Assembly: GCA_003142475.1 (NCBI GenBank)
Contig: PLMK01000042.1
Coordinates: 131,586 to 195,585, forward strand
Source of the DNA: Ignavibacteriota bacterium
GTDB lineage: Bacteria > Bacteroidota > Ignavibacteria > UBA10030
DNA: 64,000 nucleotides
Direction: 5' to 3'
Position 1 is the first letter of the stretch. Each line of letters starts with the position of its first letter. The notes under the pieces were generated by a model. It saw nothing but the letters and a program-made list of their open reading frames with translations. It had not been told where the DNA came from and ran no database searches. This document shows positions 47,407 to 57,349 of the stretch, one piece after another. The position numbers and the translations under genes were made by a program.

Positions 47407-48567
47407 ATGTCCTCTCCTCAAAAATATATAGCTCATTTAGATCTTGACTGCTTTTTTGTCTCTGTCGAACGGATCAAGAATCCGGAACTTATTGGGAAAT
47501 CAGTTGTTGTCGGTGGGAGCGCAGCCGGGCGAGGTGTCGTGGCATCGGCCTCATACGAAGCACGCAAGTTTGGTATTCATTCTGCCATGCCTACGGCACG
47601 AGCGCAGCGGCTTTGTCCAAATCTTATCGTCGTGCATGGAAGTCATGGCGAATACGGACGCATCTCGAAGAAACTTTATGAACGGATGTGCGAACTTGCA
47701 CCTGTAGTCGAACGCGCATCTATTGATGAAATGAATATGGATTTTACAGGATGTGAAAATCTCTACCATAATGATCTGCCCGGTTTCATGAAGACGATTC
47801 AGAAACTTGTGCTAGATGAATTCAAGCTTCCTTGTACCATAGGTCTCGCCTCCAACAAAACCATCGCAAAGATCGCAGTGAACCAGGTAAAACCCGTCGG
47901 TATTGTTTTCGTTCCTCACGGAACGGAAGCTGCATATCTTGCACCTCTGGATATCGGCGTCATTCCTGGTGTCGGTAAGAAAACAGAAGAATATTTGCGG
48001 GAAAAGGGATTCCATAAAGTTTCCGATATACAACAAAGAACGGAAAAAGAAATTCTGGACATTTTAGGCAAGCATGGATTATGGATATACAATGTAGCAT
48101 TCGGGCACGGTTCCGATGTGATCGGCGACGATTGGGACGCAAAAAGTATTTCGCGCGAAGAGACATTTGCCAACGATATATCAAATAGAAAAGAATTAGA
48201 GAAAACGATTTTTGAATTGACCGAAGATGTCTGTCAGAAACTCCGTGAATATGGATGGAAAGCACACACTATTACACTGAAGCTCCGTACTTCCGATTTC
48301 AAGACAATCAGCCGGGCGAAGAGCGTCGCACCAACTAATGACGATACTGTAGTTTCTCGCACGGCAAAAGAACTTCTTCAATCCTCCTATACAGGAAAAC
48401 TACCGGTTCGGCTAATTGGAGTACGGCTTTCCAATTTCGATGAAGAAGATCAACTTCAATTATCCCTCTCCCCTACTAATAAAAAGAAGCAAGACATTCT
48501 AAGAGTTGTCGACAAAATCCGTAAAAAATTCGGCGACAAAATAATCCATCTAGGAGGGCAAGAGTAG
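47407..48567 (+). CDS. dinB: DNA polymerase IV (Y-family)
   Basis: IAHLDLDCFFVSVE N-terminal motif, SIDE catalytic region, little-finger domain length. Confidence 0.9.
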   Translation: MSSPQKYIAHLDLDCFFVSVERIKNPELIGKSVVVGGSAAGRGVVASASYEARKFGIHSAMPTARAQRLCPNLIVVHGSHGEYGRISKKLYERMCELAPVVERASIDEMNMDFTGCENLYHNDLPGFMKTIQKLVLDEFKLPCTIGLASNKTIAKIAVNQVKPVGIVFVPHGTEAAYLAPLDIGVIPGVGKKTEEYLREKGFHKVSDIQQRTEKEILDILGKHGLWIYNVAFGHGSDVIGDDWDAKSISREETFANDISNRKELEKTIFELTEDVCQKLREYGWKAHTITLKLRTSDFKTISRAKSVAPTNDDTVVSRTAKELLQSSYTGKLPVRLIGVRLSNFDEEDQLQLSLSPTNKKKQDILRVVDKIRKKFGDKIIHLGGQE

Positions 48568-48638
48568 AAACATTCAATTGAACATCTCTACAAAAAACGA
48601 ATTTTGGCTTCCACTCAACAAAATCGTATCTTAAATAT

Positions 48639-49493
48639 ATGGCACGATTCAAACTTACAATTGAATATGAAGGCACGCGTTTCAGCGGCTGGCAGGTGCA
48701 AAAAAACGCGCGAACAGTGCAGGGCGAAATCAACGATGCAATAGGCAAAGTCTTCGGTACTCATGGATTCGAGTTCTACGGCTCAGGCCGCACAGACGCC
48801 GGCGTCCACGCGTTGCAGCAGGTAGCGCATCTCGACATCAAAACAGTGCTCGCACCGGAAATCATCCGGATGAAATTAAACGACGAACTCCCCGCCGATA
48901 TCAACATTATCGAAATTGAAAAAGCCAGCAATGAATTTCATGCGCGGCACGATGCAATGGCACGAAGCTATTTGTACCAAATTTCGCGGCGGCGGACAGC
49001 GTTCGGCAAGCGATTTGTCTGGTGGATAAAAGACCCGCTCGATATCGTAAAGATGCGCGAGACGGCAGAGATGTTTATCGGACTCAAAGATTTTCAATCC
49101 TTCACCGCCGACGAACCTGAAGAAAAATCCACAAAAGTGCATATCAATTCGATTGATGTGCAGCAAGCTGGAGACTTAATTCTCATTCGTATCGTTGGAT
49201 CGCATTTTATCTGGAAAATGGTCCGGCAAATCATCGGCGTGCTGGCAGAAGTCGGACGCGGCAAGATGCCATTAAATGACGTTAAGAAATTTCTCCACGC
49301 CAAATCGGACGAGCCGGCAAAGCTTACCGCTCCGCCATCTGGTTTGTTCCTCGAGCGTGTCTATTATAAAGGCGATATCTGGTTGAAAGATATAAAACCG
49401 ATGATGGAAATTTCCACAGGCAGAAAAGTGCACTCAGTCAAACAACAAGAAATTCAGAACGCCGAACAACCGATTAAGCACCTGAAACATTAA
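48639..49493 (+). CDS. truA: tRNA pseudouridine(38-40) synthase
   Basis: IEYEGTRFSGWQ N-terminal signature; GRTDAGVHA catalytic Asp motif. Confidence 0.9.
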   Translation: MARFKLTIEYEGTRFSGWQVQKNARTVQGEINDAIGKVFGTHGFEFYGSGRTDAGVHALQQVAHLDIKTVLAPEIIRMKLNDELPADINIIEIEKASNEFHARHDAMARSYLYQISRRRTAFGKRFVWWIKDPLDIVKMRETAEMFIGLKDFQSFTADEPEEKSTKVHINSIDVQQAGDLILIRIVGSHFIWKMVRQIIGVLAEVGRGKMPLNDVKKFLHAKSDEPAKLTAPPSGLFLERVYYKGDIWLKDIKPMMEISTGRKVHSVKQQEIQNAEQPIKHLKH

Positions 49494-49532
49494 CCATTAG
49501 TTACTTAGTTGGAGAAATCAATCGGACAATAA

Positions 49533-50546
49533 ATGTTCAAGATTTTTTCTGCTATAAATAAAACAATGATGAATCCGCTTCGAACAATACTCATTCTACT
49601 TGTCTTCATCGCTTCCTGTATGACCGAAGGATATTCTCAATCCGCAGATTCCAGCAAGTCGGCAAAAAGGATCTCCGTTACAATTGACGATCTTCCGTTA
49701 AATATTGCACTACGTGTATCGACCGAAGAGATGAAATCGATTGTAGAAAAGCTTATTTCAAAAATCAGAACCGAAGGTATCCCGGTAGTTGGTTTTGTGA
49801 ATGAAAACAAACTCGAGGTTAACGGTAAACTTGACTTGCAGCGTGTGAATATTTTAAAAACCTGGCTCGACTCAGGTATAGAGTTGGGAAATCATACCTA
49901 TTCACATAAAAGTGCAAACGGTGTACCAGTCAGCGAATATGAACAGGATATTATACAGGGTGAAAGAACCATTAAGAACTTGATGGCCGATAGAGGAATG
50001 AACCTTCGCTATTTTCGTCATCCATTTCTCATGACGGGCAGAAGTATCGAAGTAACCAATGAAATTGCGGAATTTCTTCACCAACATAATTATACAATTG
50101 CTCCTGTCACAATAGATAATTCCGAATGGATATTCTCGGTTGCCTTTGACAAAGCAAAGAGAATCAATGATACAACGTTGATGAAAAGGATCGGTCAAGA
50201 GTACATCGGATATATGAAATCAAAGATTCAATATTTTGAACACCAATCCGACAAGCTTTTCATGCGGCAGATTAATCAAATTCTGTTAATTCATTCCAAT
50301 CGATTGAATTCGGAATACTTCAATATTTTATGCACCATGATCAAAGATCAAGGCTATCGTTTTATCACACTTGACGAAGCACTCAAAGACCCTGCCTATT
50401 CATCGAGCGACACATATACAGGAAAAGGTGGAATTTCATGGCTTGACCGCTGGGCAATCACTCAAAGCAAGACGAAAGAATTTTTTGCCGATGAACCGAG
50501 AACTCCGTTATATATTATGCAACTTGCAAATGTAGATAGTGAGTAG
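49533..50546 (+). CDS. Polysaccharide deacetylase (NodB homology / CE4 family), secreted
   Basis: Signal peptide; TIDD...HTYSH metal-binding motifs. Confidence 0.7.
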   Translation: MFKIFSAINKTMMNPLRTILILLVFIASCMTEGYSQSADSSKSAKRISVTIDDLPLNIALRVSTEEMKSIVEKLISKIRTEGIPVVGFVNENKLEVNGKLDLQRVNILKTWLDSGIELGNHTYSHKSANGVPVSEYEQDIIQGERTIKNLMADRGMNLRYFRHPFLMTGRSIEVTNEIAEFLHQHNYTIAPVTIDNSEWIFSVAFDKAKRINDTTLMKRIGQEYIGYMKSKIQYFEHQSDKLFMRQINQILLIHSNRLNSEYFNILCTMIKDQGYRFITLDEALKDPAYSSSDTYTGKGGISWLDRWAITQSKTKEFFADEPRTPLYIMQLANVDSE

Positions 50547-50782
50547 AAACGGGTGCAGCAGAATTTAATAATGGACTGTAGGAAAAAAATATCTTCCCGA
50601 GAATCGACGCTCATCAAGAAGCAAAGGAAGGATGATCCTCCTCAATTCTGCGACTTTTCTTGCAGGCACGCGGAATTTGCCCAGCCCGATGCAATTGGCG
50701 CATGCAGAAAAGAACTTGCTGTATTTTGTACATTATATAAAAGACACAACAATAAAAACTCCCCTTGTATCGAAAAGAAGAA

Positions 50783-52042
50783 ATGAAAACTGCAAAACAC
50801 GTGTCCCTGCAACTTAATAGAGAATTAAACGATATTGCCGAGCCATATGTAAAGCTCGTTCTTGCCGTTGGACAGCACGATGCTGACTATGTAGATGCTT
50901 ACTACGGCCCACCAGAATGGCAGGCAGAAACAAAAGCTGAAAAACAATCGTTAGACACGATACTGCAAACAGCGCTTCCTCTAAAAACTAAATTAGACAA
51001 ACTCCGCAGCAAGCAGAACGAAGAAATTTTACAGCTTCGCCATCAATACTTGAAGAAACAAATCTCGTCGCTCATTGCCCGCGTTGAAGTATTAGGCGGG
51101 AAGAAACTTTCATTCGATGAAGAAGCAAAGGCATATTATGATGTTGAACCACCGGTGTTTGCGGAAGAGCATTTCAAAAAACTTGTTGCAGAATTGGAAA
51201 CGATTGTACCGGGCAAGGGACCAATTCCCGAACGCATCGAAAATTTTCGCGAACAATTTACTATTACTCCGGACAAGTTAGATAAAGTATTTAGTGCCGC
51301 AATTTTCGAATGCCGTCAACGCGCAAAGAAGCACATCATCCTGCCGGAGAATGAAACATTCCGGTTGGAATACGTGCATAACAAAGCGTGGAGCGGCTAT
51401 AATTGGTATAAAGGGAATAACGAAAGTCTCATTCAGATTAACACAGACTTGCCGATTTTTATGGAACGCGCCATTGATCTTGCCGCACACGAAGGATATC
51501 CGGGGCATCATGTGTACAATTGTTTATTAGAGACAGCATTTGCACGTAAATTTGGATGGGTGGAGTTCACTGTATATCCTCTCTTCAGCTCGCAGTCGTT
51601 GATAGCAGAAGGGACCGCCAATTTTGGTATTGAAGTTGCGTTCCCGGGAAAAGAACGAATGGAATTTGAACGCGAGAGACTCTTCCCGCTTGCGGGGTTA
51701 GATAAAAGTCAGGCGGAAAAATATTCCAGGGTTCAGGAGCTTGCCGCAAAACTCAGTTATGCCGGCAACGAAGCCGCTCGAAAGTATCTCAACGGAGAAA
51801 TCTCGCGCGATGAGGCCGCTCAATGGCTCGTTCAATATGCTCTTATGTCGCCGGAACGCGCGCAGCAGCGCACACGTTTTTTCGATCAGTACCGCAGTTA
51901 CGTCATCAACTACAATCTCGGTTTGGATTTAGTACGGCAATACATCGAACGACGCGGCGGAACGGAAGACAAACCGGAAAAACGCTGGGAAGAATTCACT
52001 CGCCTCCTTGCATCACCTCGTTTGCCTTCGGGATTACTTTAG
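50783..52042 (+). CDS. HEGYPGHH-motif protein (DUF885-like putative metallo-hydrolase), paralog 1, no signal peptide
   Basis: About 75-90% identical over long stretches to the next gene; AAHEGYPGHHVYN motif; ATG at 50783 preferred over TTG 50765. Confidence 0.45.
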   Translation: MKTAKHVSLQLNRELNDIAEPYVKLVLAVGQHDADYVDAYYGPPEWQAETKAEKQSLDTILQTALPLKTKLDKLRSKQNEEILQLRHQYLKKQISSLIARVEVLGGKKLSFDEEAKAYYDVEPPVFAEEHFKKLVAELETIVPGKGPIPERIENFREQFTITPDKLDKVFSAAIFECRQRAKKHIILPENETFRLEYVHNKAWSGYNWYKGNNESLIQINTDLPIFMERAIDLAAHEGYPGHHVYNCLLETAFARKFGWVEFTVYPLFSSQSLIAEGTANFGIEVAFPGKERMEFERERLFPLAGLDKSQAEKYSRVQELAAKLSYAGNEAARKYLNGEISRDEAAQWLVQYALMSPERAQQRTRFFDQYRSYVINYNLGLDLVRQYIERRGGTEDKPEKRWEEFTRLLASPRLPSGLL

Positions 52043-52086
52043 ATAGTTATATTACTAGGATTTTTTTATAACATTGGGAGAAGAGA

Positions 52087-53415
52087 ATGAGACCACAACG
52101 ACTATTCATTTTAACTGTGATTTTTTTCATCGTTGCAAGTATAGGGTACAGCAAGGAAATTAATAATGTAAGGTTATATCCCGACCTTAACTCAAGACTG
52201 AATCAAATTGCTAAATCATACGTTAAACTCGTTCTTGCTGTCGGACAATACGATTCTAATTACGTCGATGCTTTTTATGGTCCCAAGGAATGGCTAACGG
52301 AAGCACAATCAGCAAAGAAGTCACTTGATGCTATCAGGCAGAAGGCGCTTCCTCTTGCAGCAGAGCTGGATTCGCTCGACAGCACCCACGAAGAAGAAAT
52401 ACTACAACTGCGTCATCAGTATTTGAAGAAGCAACTTTCGTCGCTCATCGCTCGTGTTGAGACACTGGGCGGCAAGAAGCTCTCATTCGACGAAGAGGCA
52501 AAAGCATATTACGATGTCGACCCGCCGAGTTTTCCAGAAGAACATTTCAAGAAGCTTATTGCCGAATTAGACACGATAGTCCCCGGCAAGGGATCGATTT
52601 CTGAGCGTGTCGTAAACTACCGTCGACAATTCACCATTATCCCGGATAAAGTTGACACAGTTTTACGTGTTGCTATCCGAGAGTGTCGAATTCGTACAAA
52701 GAAGCACATCAAATTATCAGACGACGAAACTTACCGGCTAGAATATGTTCACAATAAATCATGGGGCGCGTACAATTGGTATAAAGGAAACAACGAAAGC
52801 CTTATTCAAATCAATACCGACATGCCGATGCCCCTTCATTCTGTGATCGACCTTGCTGCTCACGAAGGTTATCCAGGGCATCACGTATACAATAGCTTGC
52901 TTGAAACAAATTTTGCATCTAAGCGCGGCTGGGTAGAATTTACTGTTTATGCACTTTTCAGTCCACAATCGCTCATCGCCGAGGGAACCGCAAACTTCGG
53001 CATTGAAGTCGCATTCCCCGGGAAGGAGCGAATGGAATTCGAGCGCGACGCACTCTTCCCGCTTGCGGGACTGGATAAAAGTCTGGCAGAAAAATATTCG
53101 AAAGTACAGGCTCTTATTGCAAAGCTCAGTTATGCCGAAAATGAGGCCGCACGCCGGTATCTCAATGGTGAAATCTCGGGTGATGAAGCTGCACAATGGC
53201 TTGTCAATTATGCGTTGAGGAGTCCAAAGGAGGCACAGGCGTCGATACGCTTCTTTGACCAGTACCGCAGCTACGTAATCAATTACAATCTTGGGATGGA
53301 TTTAGTCCGGCAGTACATTGAACGCCGCGGCGGAACGGAAGACAATCCGGAAAAACGCTGGGAAGAATTCACGAAACTTATTTCATCGCCGCGCTTACCG
53401 TCAGGATTACTCTAA
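52087..53415 (+). CDS. HEGYPGHH-motif protein (DUF885-like), paralog 2, with signal peptide
   Basis: Signal peptide MRPQRLFILTVIFFIVASIGYS; same motifs as paralog 1. Confidence 0.45.
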   Translation: MRPQRLFILTVIFFIVASIGYSKEINNVRLYPDLNSRLNQIAKSYVKLVLAVGQYDSNYVDAFYGPKEWLTEAQSAKKSLDAIRQKALPLAAELDSLDSTHEEEILQLRHQYLKKQLSSLIARVETLGGKKLSFDEEAKAYYDVDPPSFPEEHFKKLIAELDTIVPGKGSISERVVNYRRQFTIIPDKVDTVLRVAIRECRIRTKKHIKLSDDETYRLEYVHNKSWGAYNWYKGNNESLIQINTDMPMPLHSVIDLAAHEGYPGHHVYNSLLETNFASKRGWVEFTVYALFSPQSLIAEGTANFGIEVAFPGKERMEFERDALFPLAGLDKSLAEKYSKVQALIAKLSYAENEAARRYLNGEISGDEAAQWLVNYALRSPKEAQASIRFFDQYRSYVINYNLGMDLVRQYIERRGGTEDNPEKRWEEFTKLISSPRLPSGLL

Positions 53416-54669
53416 ATGTCACCTGTAAAATCAAAAATACCAAAAGGAGAACGTCCGTACCTCGACCGATTATTGGATGAAGTCCGTTATCGGCTTACTA
53501 CAGTAGAAGACATCGATGTTGCGGGTCAATCCATTCCGCGCTTCGTTGGTGAATTCTGGACATCACAACAACGGCAAGCGTTGTCATTGCACGAAGTTTC
53601 TTATCGCGCCTGCTTCAAACCACAGCTTCCGCGATTCTTCATTGAATATTTAACCAATGAAGGCGACACAGTGTACGATCCCTTCAGCGGACGCGGCACC
53701 ACAGCATTAGAAGCAGGATTACTTTGCAGAAAAGTTATTGCAAACGATGCGAATCCTTTAAACACACTTCTGTGCCAACCGCGCTTCTTCCCTCCTTCAC
53801 TTGAAGAATTGATGAAACGTTTAGACAGCATTCCTATCAAAGAAAAAGCGGAAGCTGATATCGACCTTTCGATGTTCTATCATCCAAAAACAGAAGCGGA
53901 AATTGTTTCAATGAAAGAATATTTGGATGAACGTCGCGAGAGCGGCACGGAAGATAACATTGACCGATGGATTCGCATGGTCGCCACTAATCGCTTGACC
54001 GGGCATTCAAAAGGTTTTTTTTCTGTATATACATTGCCGCCGAATCAAGCAGTAAGCGCAGACAGTCAACGGAAAATCAATGTAAAGATGCAGCAGGAAC
54101 CGGAACACCGCGACACTCGCGTCATCATTTTTAAAAAGTCAAAAACGCTTCTCAGCGACGTAACAATGGTCGATCGGGAAAATCTGCAACGCGCGGGTGA
54201 AACTGCGCGCTTCCTTACCTTCGATGCGCGCGCAACAAAAGCTATAGCTGCCAATTCTGTACAGCTTACCGTCACCTCGCCTCCATTTCTTGATGTTGTT
54301 GACTATGTGCAGGACAATTGGTTAAGATGCTGGTTTAACAGTCTCGATGCATCAGATGCTGCCAAGACTATTACAATGTCGCGGTCATTAGAGGAATGGT
54401 CGGCAATAATGTTTGGTGTCTTTCGTGAACTTTATCGTATTACTAAATCTCGCGGATTTGTGGCGTTTGAGGTCGGCGAGGTGCGAAATAAGGTAATTAA
54501 GTTAGACGAACATGTTGTACCGCTCGGCATTAAAGCGGGATTTTCGTGCGTCGGCATCATTGTCAACCAACAGTACTTCACCAAGACATCTAACATCTGG
54601 GGTGTTGATAACAACGATAAAGGAACAAATTCCAACCGTATTGTAATCTTTAGAAAAGAAGCAAAATGA
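53416..54669 (+). CDS. DNA methyltransferase (N4-cytosine or N6-adenine amino-MTase), apparently orphan
   Basis: SAM motif I DPFSGRGTT (about aa 88) and catalytic motif IV SPPF (TVTSPPFLDVVDY, about aa 290); start codon directly abuts the upstream stop. Confidence 0.75.
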   Translation: MSPVKSKIPKGERPYLDRLLDEVRYRLTTVEDIDVAGQSIPRFVGEFWTSQQRQALSLHEVSYRACFKPQLPRFFIEYLTNEGDTVYDPFSGRGTTALEAGLLCRKVIANDANPLNTLLCQPRFFPPSLEELMKRLDSIPIKEKAEADIDLSMFYHPKTEAEIVSMKEYLDERRESGTEDNIDRWIRMVATNRLTGHSKGFFSVYTLPPNQAVSADSQRKINVKMQQEPEHRDTRVIIFKKSKTLLSDVTMVDRENLQRAGETARFLTFDARATKAIAANSVQLTVTSPPFLDVVDYVQDNWLRCWFNSLDASDAAKTITMSRSLEEWSAIMFGVFRELYRITKSRGFVAFEVGEVRNKVIKLDEHVVPLGIKAGFSCVGIIVNQQYFTKTSNIWGVDNNDKGTNSNRIVIFRKEAK

Positions 54670-55343
54670 GCAGACATATCATTCTCGCACTCACAACGCT
54701 ATTAGGTGTTTCTTGTTCAAGCGAACAATTTATGCTTCGAAATAATGACCGAATAATATTTTTGGGCGATTCCATTACATTGCTCGGAGTAAAACCTAAC
54801 GGATACATTTCGCTCATCAAAGATTCACTCTCAAAGAAATTCCCTTCCATCGAAATTATTGGCGCAGGTATCGGCGGAAACAAAGTACCCGATCTTCACG
54901 CAAGAATCGATGCCGATGTTATTGCCAAAAACCCGACAATCGTCGTTATCTATATCGGTATCAACGATGTGTGGCATTTTATTACACCCGGCCAGGTTGG
55001 TACATCGAAAGATGTGTATGAATCAGGATTGGAAAATATTATCGTTAAAATAAGGCAAACGGGTGCACGCGTTATTCTCTGTACTCCAACCGTCATTGGT
55101 GAGAAAAAGAATAGAGCAAATCAACTGGATGCGCAATTGGATGAATATGCAGGAATCAGTCGACGCGTTGCCCAAAAAATGAAAATAGAACTGTGCGATT
55201 TGCGAAACGCATTTGTAAGCTACCTTCAAACACATAATCCGAATAATGCCGAACAGGGTATTCTGACAGTCGATAAAGCACATTTGAATGATGAAGGTAA
55301 TCGGCTCGTTGCTCAAGAAATACTCAATGTATTAGGACAGTAA
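54666..55343 (+). CDS. SGNH/GDSL-family hydrolase (lipase/acylesterase), secreted
   Basis: Block I FLGDSIT with catalytic Ser; signal peptide; DxxH-like C-terminal block (DKAHLN). Confidence 0.75.
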   Translation: MSRHIILALTTLLGVSCSSEQFMLRNNDRIIFLGDSITLLGVKPNGYISLIKDSLSKKFPSIEIIGAGIGGNKVPDLHARIDADVIAKNPTIVVIYIGINDVWHFITPGQVGTSKDVYESGLENIIVKIRQTGARVILCTPTVIGEKKNRANQLDAQLDEYAGISRRVAQKMKIELCDLRNAFVSYLQTHNPNNAEQGILTVDKAHLNDEGNRLVAQEILNVLGQ

Positions 55344-55426
55344 TAAGCCATTGGTAGCGAGGAATAAACAAACTCATCGCCGAATTACTCGATCATTTTA
55401 TCATCTTTTTCTTTATATATTATAGC

Positions 55427-56278
55427 ATGAACAAAAACGAATTGCAAAGCCTTCACGTGATCATTCATCGTGCCCTCGAAGAAGATTTAGGTGATGGTGA
55501 CATCACCACGTTAAGCACAGTGCCCATGCGATCAGTATTAAAGGGAACATTTATCGCAAAAGAAGCCGGGATTATTGCCGGACTCGAAGTTGTACGTGAG
55601 ACTCTAAAATATTTGGATCCTGGGATTTCATTTTCCGCGCATGTCCACGATGGTAAACGCGTTTCCAAAGGAACTGTTCTAGCCATGGTGCGCGGCAATG
55701 GACGCGCATTGCTGGTAGCAGAACGAACAGCGCTCAATTTCTTCCAGCGAATGTCCGGTATCGCCACCACAACCCGTGCATATGTGAATGCTGTGCGCAA
55801 AACAAAAGCAATTATTGTTGATACGCGGAAAACAGCTCCCGGCTTGCGACTATTGGATAAATGGGCAGTGCGGCTCGGCGGCGGGCATAATCATCGCTTC
55901 GGCCTCTATGATATGGTACTTATTAAAGAGAACCATATAGCGGCGGCAGGTGGAATATCGCAGGCGGTTGCTCGTGTCCGTGCAACGGATAGGAAAAAAC
56001 GTGCAATCGAAGTTGAAGTACGCACTCTCAACGAATTACGCGAAACACTAGAACTAAATGTGGATAGAATATTGTTAGATAATATGAACCTCAAGCAAAT
56101 GCATGAGGCGGTTCGGATTACAGATGGAAAAACAGAATTGGAAGCATCTGGCAATGTTTCATTGGAGAACGTAGCTGCGGTTGCCGCTACAGGCGTAGAT
56201 ATCATTTCCGTCGGTAAGCTGACACACTCTGTGCGCGCATTGGATATTAGTTTTCTTATTGAACAAGTAAAAAAATGA
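55427..56278 (+). CDS. nadC: Nicotinate-nucleotide pyrophosphorylase (quinolinate phosphoribosyltransferase)
   Basis: QPRTase family length and conserved DTRKT / LDNM regions. Confidence 0.9.
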   Translation: MNKNELQSLHVIIHRALEEDLGDGDITTLSTVPMRSVLKGTFIAKEAGIIAGLEVVRETLKYLDPGISFSAHVHDGKRVSKGTVLAMVRGNGRALLVAERTALNFFQRMSGIATTTRAYVNAVRKTKAIIVDTRKTAPGLRLLDKWAVRLGGGHNHRFGLYDMVLIKENHIAAAGGISQAVARVRATDRKKRAIEVEVRTLNELRETLELNVDRILLDNMNLKQMHEAVRITDGKTELEASGNVSLENVAAVAATGVDIISVGKLTHSVRALDISFLIEQVKK

Positions 56279-57336
56279 ATACAATGTCAGTCGAATCAAT
56301 TTATCAAGACCTGAAAACCAAACTGCACGATGTAGTACCGGACGTTGAGCTACGTTTGAAATCGGAAATTGCATTTGAGATTAATAAATTAAAGAAAGAG
56401 CGCAACGCTGTAATTCTCGGGCACAATTATATGGAACCGGCGCTTTTTTACTCGATTCCAGATTATGTGGGAGACTCGCTGGAACTCAGCCGCATCGCCA
56501 GCAAAACAGAAAAAGATATTATCGTTTTCTGCGGTGTTCGCTTTATGGCAGAAACAGCAAAGATTTTATCTCCTCAAAAAACTGTTTTGATTCCGGCAAA
56601 GAAAGCCGGATGTTCACTTGCAGATGGGATTACAGCGGAAGATGTCCGCCAATTGAAATCTAAGTTTCCCGGTGTTCCGGTTGTAACATATGTGAATACG
56701 ACAGCAGAAGTTAAGGCAGAATCGGATATTTGCTGTACCTCAAGCAATGCTGTTGCAGTCGTCAAATCACTGAAGAGTGAGACGGTTATTTTCCTGCCGG
56801 ATGAATATCTTGCTCGCAATGTCGCACATGAAACAGGGCGGCATATTATTTTCCCAGCTCTAACCGGCGGTGATCCAGGAAACGAAACACTTCTCGATAA
56901 ACCTATCATCGGCTGGAAAGCGCGGTGCGAAGTGCACGAAAAATTCACAGTGGAAGATATTCAGAATGTACATAAGCAGTTTCCTGATGTCGTTATTCTG
57001 GCGCATCCCGAATGCAGTCCGGAAGTTGTAGCGGCATCGGATTATTCCGGCAGTACTACCCAAATGATCCGCCATGTCCAGCAGACGAATGCTCCACGCT
57101 ATCTATTACTCACGGAATGCTCCATGGGCGATAATATTATGGCTGCAAATCCTGAAAAGAATATGCTTCGTCTATGCAGCATTCGATGTCCGCATATGAA
57201 TGAAATTACGTTGGAAGATACCCTGGAAGCTCTCCGAAAAACTCAGCATGTTGTCGAAGTGCCGGAAGAAATTCGCGTGCGAGCGTATCGCGCGGTCGAA
57301 CGGATGCTGCAAATAATTCCGTCAGCGGCAGATTGA
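56275..57336 (+). CDS. nadA: Quinolinate synthase
   Basis: NadA family; three conserved Cys regions (CSLADGI, CTSSNA, ECSMGD); overlaps nadC by 4 nt. Confidence 0.9.
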   Translation: MNTMSVESIYQDLKTKLHDVVPDVELRLKSEIAFEINKLKKERNAVILGHNYMEPALFYSIPDYVGDSLELSRIASKTEKDIIVFCGVRFMAETAKILSPQKTVLIPAKKAGCSLADGITAEDVRQLKSKFPGVPVVTYVNTTAEVKAESDICCTSSNAVAVVKSLKSETVIFLPDEYLARNVAHETGRHIIFPALTGGDPGNETLLDKPIIGWKARCEVHEKFTVEDIQNVHKQFPDVVILAHPECSPEVVAASDYSGSTTQMIRHVQQTNAPRYLLLTECSMGDNIMAANPEKNMLRLCSIRCPHMNEITLEDTLEALRKTQHVVEVPEEIRVRAYRAVERMLQIIPSAAD

Positions 57337-57349
57337 AGAATCCAAACAT

